The notes under the pieces are model-generated. The model did no database searches. It saw only the letters and a program-made list of their open reading frames with translations, and had not been told where the DNA came from. Positions 60,524-64,000 of a DNA stretch of 64,000 nucleotides are shown piece by piece (the first letter of the stretch is position 1; each line of letters begins with the position of its first letter). The DNA is taken from assembly GCA_008632985.1 (NCBI GenBank), contig QPGO01000233.1:1-64000 (forward strand), in the 5' to 3' direction. A program made the translations under genes and the position numbers. This stretch comes from Psammoneis japonica (lineage: Eukaryota).

Positions 60524-60997
60524 ATGACGGATCCGGGGAGTAACACCACTGCGGTGTCTCTGCGTGACTCAGCGACCTTTGTGGCCAAGATGAACGAACA
60601 GACAGCTTTGTACAAAGAGCATTCAGTCTCTCGTAGCTCTGGTCCCCGATGGCCCGATTCAGAACACAACAGCGTCCTTGCTTTCATCAAAAAGCTCCCT
60701 CCAAGGGGGACAGCGACAGGACAAGAAGATGATGAACGACCTCCAAGATTCCTACAACACCCTTTGCGCTCAGCTTGGATACCGTACGTGGTTGGTGGAT
60801 CCTGGAAGAATTTCTTGAAGAATTATTGGTACACCACTTGTGTTCTCGACAACAAAACGTACGCCACTGTCCATAAGAAGCCCAACCCGCCCAACGAAGA
60901 GCTCCTCGCTCTTTCTATGCTTCTACCTGATATTGGTGGATCCAACGTACAGAAGGAACGCTTTGACAAGAAGCAAAATACTGATTTGAATGTATGA
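60524..60997 (+). CDS. Hypothetical protein or gene fragment, 157 aa
   Basis: ORF with normal composition and no recognised domain. Confidence 0.3.
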   Translation: MTDPGSNTTAVSLRDSATFVAKMNEQTALYKEHSVSRSSGPRWPDSEHNSVLAFIKKLPPRGTATGQEDDERPPRFLQHPLRSAWIPYVVGGSWKNFLKNYWYTTCVLDNKTYATVHKKPNPPNEELLALSMLLPDIGGSNVQKERFDKKQNTDLNV

Positions 60998-61041
60998 CAC
61001 TATGACATCGATGACATCATCGATGATTTTCAATCTCCACG
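60995..61041. repeat. Right copy of the ~50-bp direct repeat (partner at 49952-50003)
   Basis: 27-nt perfect match at 61015-61041. Confidence 0.85.
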
Positions 61042-61356
61042 GCACGGTCGACGGTTGTACTGTAGCTCGCAACAATTTCATTCAGTCGTGTTTTCCCCCC
61101 TGACTTTTTTCGTCCGTCACTGACTTAGCTTGGCTCATGACCACTTTCTGTTCTCTTCTAATAAGTCATCCCATAAATTAAGAAGAATTCGTTAAGTATC
61201 TTTCCCAATAATTGTTAGATTTACTTAATAAAATGACCTGTTCGGGACAGAAGGATTTCTCGGCTTTGTACAAAAGACCGCAAGTTTGTCTCACCTTTTC
61301 TCCGTAAAAAACGAAAAAATTTCGAAGAGATCGTGCATGTCACCAGAACGATCACC

Positions 61357-63282
61357 ATGGTGTCACAACGGCTTTTTGGTTTCTGGGCACTGAGTCTGAT
61401 TGTATCTCTTACTCAAGTGATTGCTCAAACGTGCCCCATTTGCGATGACGGTGTAGATCTCCCTTTTCCAGATCGCCCCGTCTATCGACCAGGGCAAGAA
61501 CCCACGACGTGCGCCGAACTACAAACACAGGCGGGTTCTGAAACTGAGTTGTGTGATTCCATTTCGGATTTTCAATTTTACTGTGGATGTCCAGATGTGG
61601 ATAGAGTGTGCTCCTTGTGTGAATCTGGAAGTTTAAGCGTATTTCCGGATTTGGTTCTCAAGGGCAGGGCTCCTGATTACATTCCTGACTCGGAATATAC
61701 ATGCAGTGAGGTAGAAAGACAGCGGAGCTTGTTGAGTTTTCTAGAATGCTCACAAACTCTCGATGAATTTGAAGATATTGCTACTCTTTGTGGATGCAAT
61801 CTTCCTGCGCAGGGGGGTGACTTATGCACCACTCTTTGCTTGGACGGCACACTGATTGATCCTGAATTCAACGACGTTGTGGCATTATTGAATCAACCAT
61901 TTTTCGGAAATCTTACGTGCGAAGAATACCAACTTGAGATTGCAGGTGGAACATTTTCAGGGGGTGAATGTAACTCTGCTCAATACGTTGGTCTCAAACA
62001 TTGCGGTTGTACCACCACCGAACCGTTTTGTGATATCTGCGAGGACGGTTCGGCTATTGAAGTTGAAACATTGGCCGAGGAAATATTCTTTGGGTTCACT
62101 TGTCTAGATCTAGCAGGTTCTGCTTTTGGGAGGGACTCTGATGCGGAGGATTGTCCGGCATATCAGAACACGTTTGGAGTTTATTGCGGTTGCGACAACC
62201 CCATTGCTAGTGAAGATGCTTGTCGTGTTTGTGATGTCAATGGTGGCTCGGTTGTGCCGGATCCAAATCGCACCATTCTCATTAATGGATTTCCGGCGGA
62301 CTGTGGTGAAATTGAATTTGCTGGAAACGACCCTTTAGATGATTTCACGTGTCAGGAATCCCGTGAGGATGGTGCGGAATGCTGTGACGCTCCACCAGAA
62401 ACACCGCCACCGACAACTGAGCCCACGCAAGCACCACCCATCGATACTCCGTCACCTACTATTTCTTCAACCATTGTTACAACTTCGGAGCCGACAGCAA
62501 AACCAACCCAAGGCTCCACAATAAGTCCGACGCAGACGTCCACTCAAGAATCCACAGACGGACCTACCGCGGAACCAACACCAAACGAAACAACACAATC
62601 GCCCACGTTGGAGCCAACACCCGAAGAAACGGCGCCACCAACGAATGAGCCGTCAGCGAGTCCAACACCAGGAGAAAGATCGCCATCAACCGATGAGCCT
62701 ACAGCCGAACCGACAGAACAGACCACATCCAATCCCACACCTTCGCTCAGGCCATCTCGGAGGCCGACAAGAAGACCTACACGAAGGCCAACAAGGAGAC
62801 CATGCACTCATAGACCTGCAAAAAAGCCTGTCGGGTGCGGGTATCACCGACAGCCTGTCTATTGGGGGAACAGAGTATATTGGTATAAATGGGTTTATTC
62901 TTGCCCGGGATATGGAAAAGGCCGAGGCCGAGGTAAAGGTAGAGGGAAGGGCAGAGGAAATGGTTGGAGCTGGACAAACCATGGTAGAGGAAAGGGCAGA
63001 GGCCATGGATATGGCAATGGTTGGGCACATAGTTGGAGCTGGAGAACAAGCAGTCACCATAGTTGGAACAAGGGTAAGGGACATAATCGACAGCCATCTA
63101 CGAATAACAAGCATGGTACGTGGAATAATTATCGCTGGAGGGGTGGTCATCAAGCGAACCATGGATCTTTACGGCAGCAAAAACAACCGTCAAAGCCCAT
63201 CAAGAGCAACTACTACAACGACCGCATGAACTACTGGAGAAATTACAAGAACCATGATAAAAAAGGACATCACTCTTGGTGA
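61357..63282 (+). CDS. Secreted Cys-rich repeat protein with an acidic Pro/Thr stalk, RRPT repeats and a basic G/K/R/H/W-rich tail
   Basis: Signal peptide and Cys modules colinear with 46785-48320, then PTxEPT repeats, RRPTRRPTRRP and GKGRG repeats. Confidence 0.87.
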   Translation: MVSQRLFGFWALSLIVSLTQVIAQTCPICDDGVDLPFPDRPVYRPGQEPTTCAELQTQAGSETELCDSISDFQFYCGCPDVDRVCSLCESGSLSVFPDLVLKGRAPDYIPDSEYTCSEVERQRSLLSFLECSQTLDEFEDIATLCGCNLPAQGGDLCTTLCLDGTLIDPEFNDVVALLNQPFFGNLTCEEYQLEIAGGTFSGGECNSAQYVGLKHCGCTTTEPFCDICEDGSAIEVETLAEEIFFGFTCLDLAGSAFGRDSDAEDCPAYQNTFGVYCGCDNPIASEDACRVCDVNGGSVVPDPNRTILINGFPADCGEIEFAGNDPLDDFTCQESREDGAECCDAPPETPPPTTEPTQAPPIDTPSPTISSTIVTTSEPTAKPTQGSTISPTQTSTQESTDGPTAEPTPNETTQSPTLEPTPEETAPPTNEPSASPTPGERSPSTDEPTAEPTEQTTSNPTPSLRPSRRPTRRPTRRPTRRPCTHRPAKKPVGCGYHRQPVYWGNRVYWYKWVYSCPGYGKGRGRGKGRGKGRGNGWSWTNHGRGKGRGHGYGNGWAHSWSWRTSSHHSWNKGKGHNRQPSTNNKHGTWNNYRWRGGHQANHGSLRQQKQPSKPIKSNYYNDRMNYWRNYKNHDKKGHHSW

Positions 63283-64000
63283 TCAATAGAAGGTTGATTC
63301 CATGCACACCTGACGTACACGCGGAAACTTGGATTTTGTTCGAGTATAGTATTCCAAACTTCAGTGCCTGCCTTAATCCGACAAAAGAACGTTCACCGAA
63401 GGCAGCGGAATCATCACAGAAAGTGCCGCTGGCTCTAGGACAAGGTCCGCTTGTCGCTTGTTGATCCATCTATTGCAGTACTCTGGTTTCGGTAGGGGGT
63501 TGATCAGAATTGCAAGCCACGACGGTGAGAAGAACTTTCTAATGAGTGTGCAGAGCTATAACTTTACATTACATGTTTCTACCAAGTCAGGCGTTTTTCG
63601 AACGGCTGCCTGATCCAGCGAGTTGAAGCGATCAGGGCAACACCTTGACGATGACGCCTAAAGGGGGAGCAAGCAGCGAGACGTTGACTTTTAGTGTACG
63701 GTACGAACGGTATTATAAACTAATCGGACCTAGTTTATCGATTTACGTAACATCAGTGTGGAGATGAACGCGACATGATGTGTAGATGAATTAGATATTA
63801 TTGAAAGAAATGGCAGACCAACCACACCACAGTCATTTTTCTGATGTATCACATGGACTTGAATGTTATGGCATGAATCAACAGTTAGTTGTAAAGACAC
63901 CAGCACCGACCTTTTACAACTTTGACGCACCCACCCTCAGATCCCGAGAGGGGAGGGCATCTGTCGGCACACTGTCTCGCGAGTAATACCAGAGAAGACG

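Overview
Eukaryotic genomic DNA with short GT-AG introns. Gene content points to a diatom, probably pennate; this is an inference, not a database result. Host genes include a STAND/COG3899-type ATPase, an IQ-repeat protein, a large cytidine-deaminase-like protein, a GH3 beta-xylosidase, a MYND-finger protein, a SYLF/Ysc84 protein, PAT1, an SLC35A transporter fused to a GT29 sialyltransferase-like domain, an EamA transporter and two paralogous Cys-rich secreted proteins. There is also a young full-length Ty3/Gypsy element with 291-bp LTRs and a CTACG target-site duplication. The most striking feature is five sharply bounded blocks, about 22 kb in total, in which TpA is nearly eliminated and CpG strongly depleted in favour of TpG/CpA. 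I find no TpA at all in about 31001-33163. Relic coding sequences inside the blocks show systematic Tyr->Cys/His and Arg->Cys/His changes, one host gene is mutated only in its 5' half, and the young Gypsy shows the first such hits. This suggests a repeat-targeted A:T->G:C hypermutation process at TpA (opposite in direction to fungal RIP) acting alongside CpG deamination. Several 1-nt frameshifts in short homopolymer runs suggest imperfect assembly polishing. All counts and alignments were done by eye.
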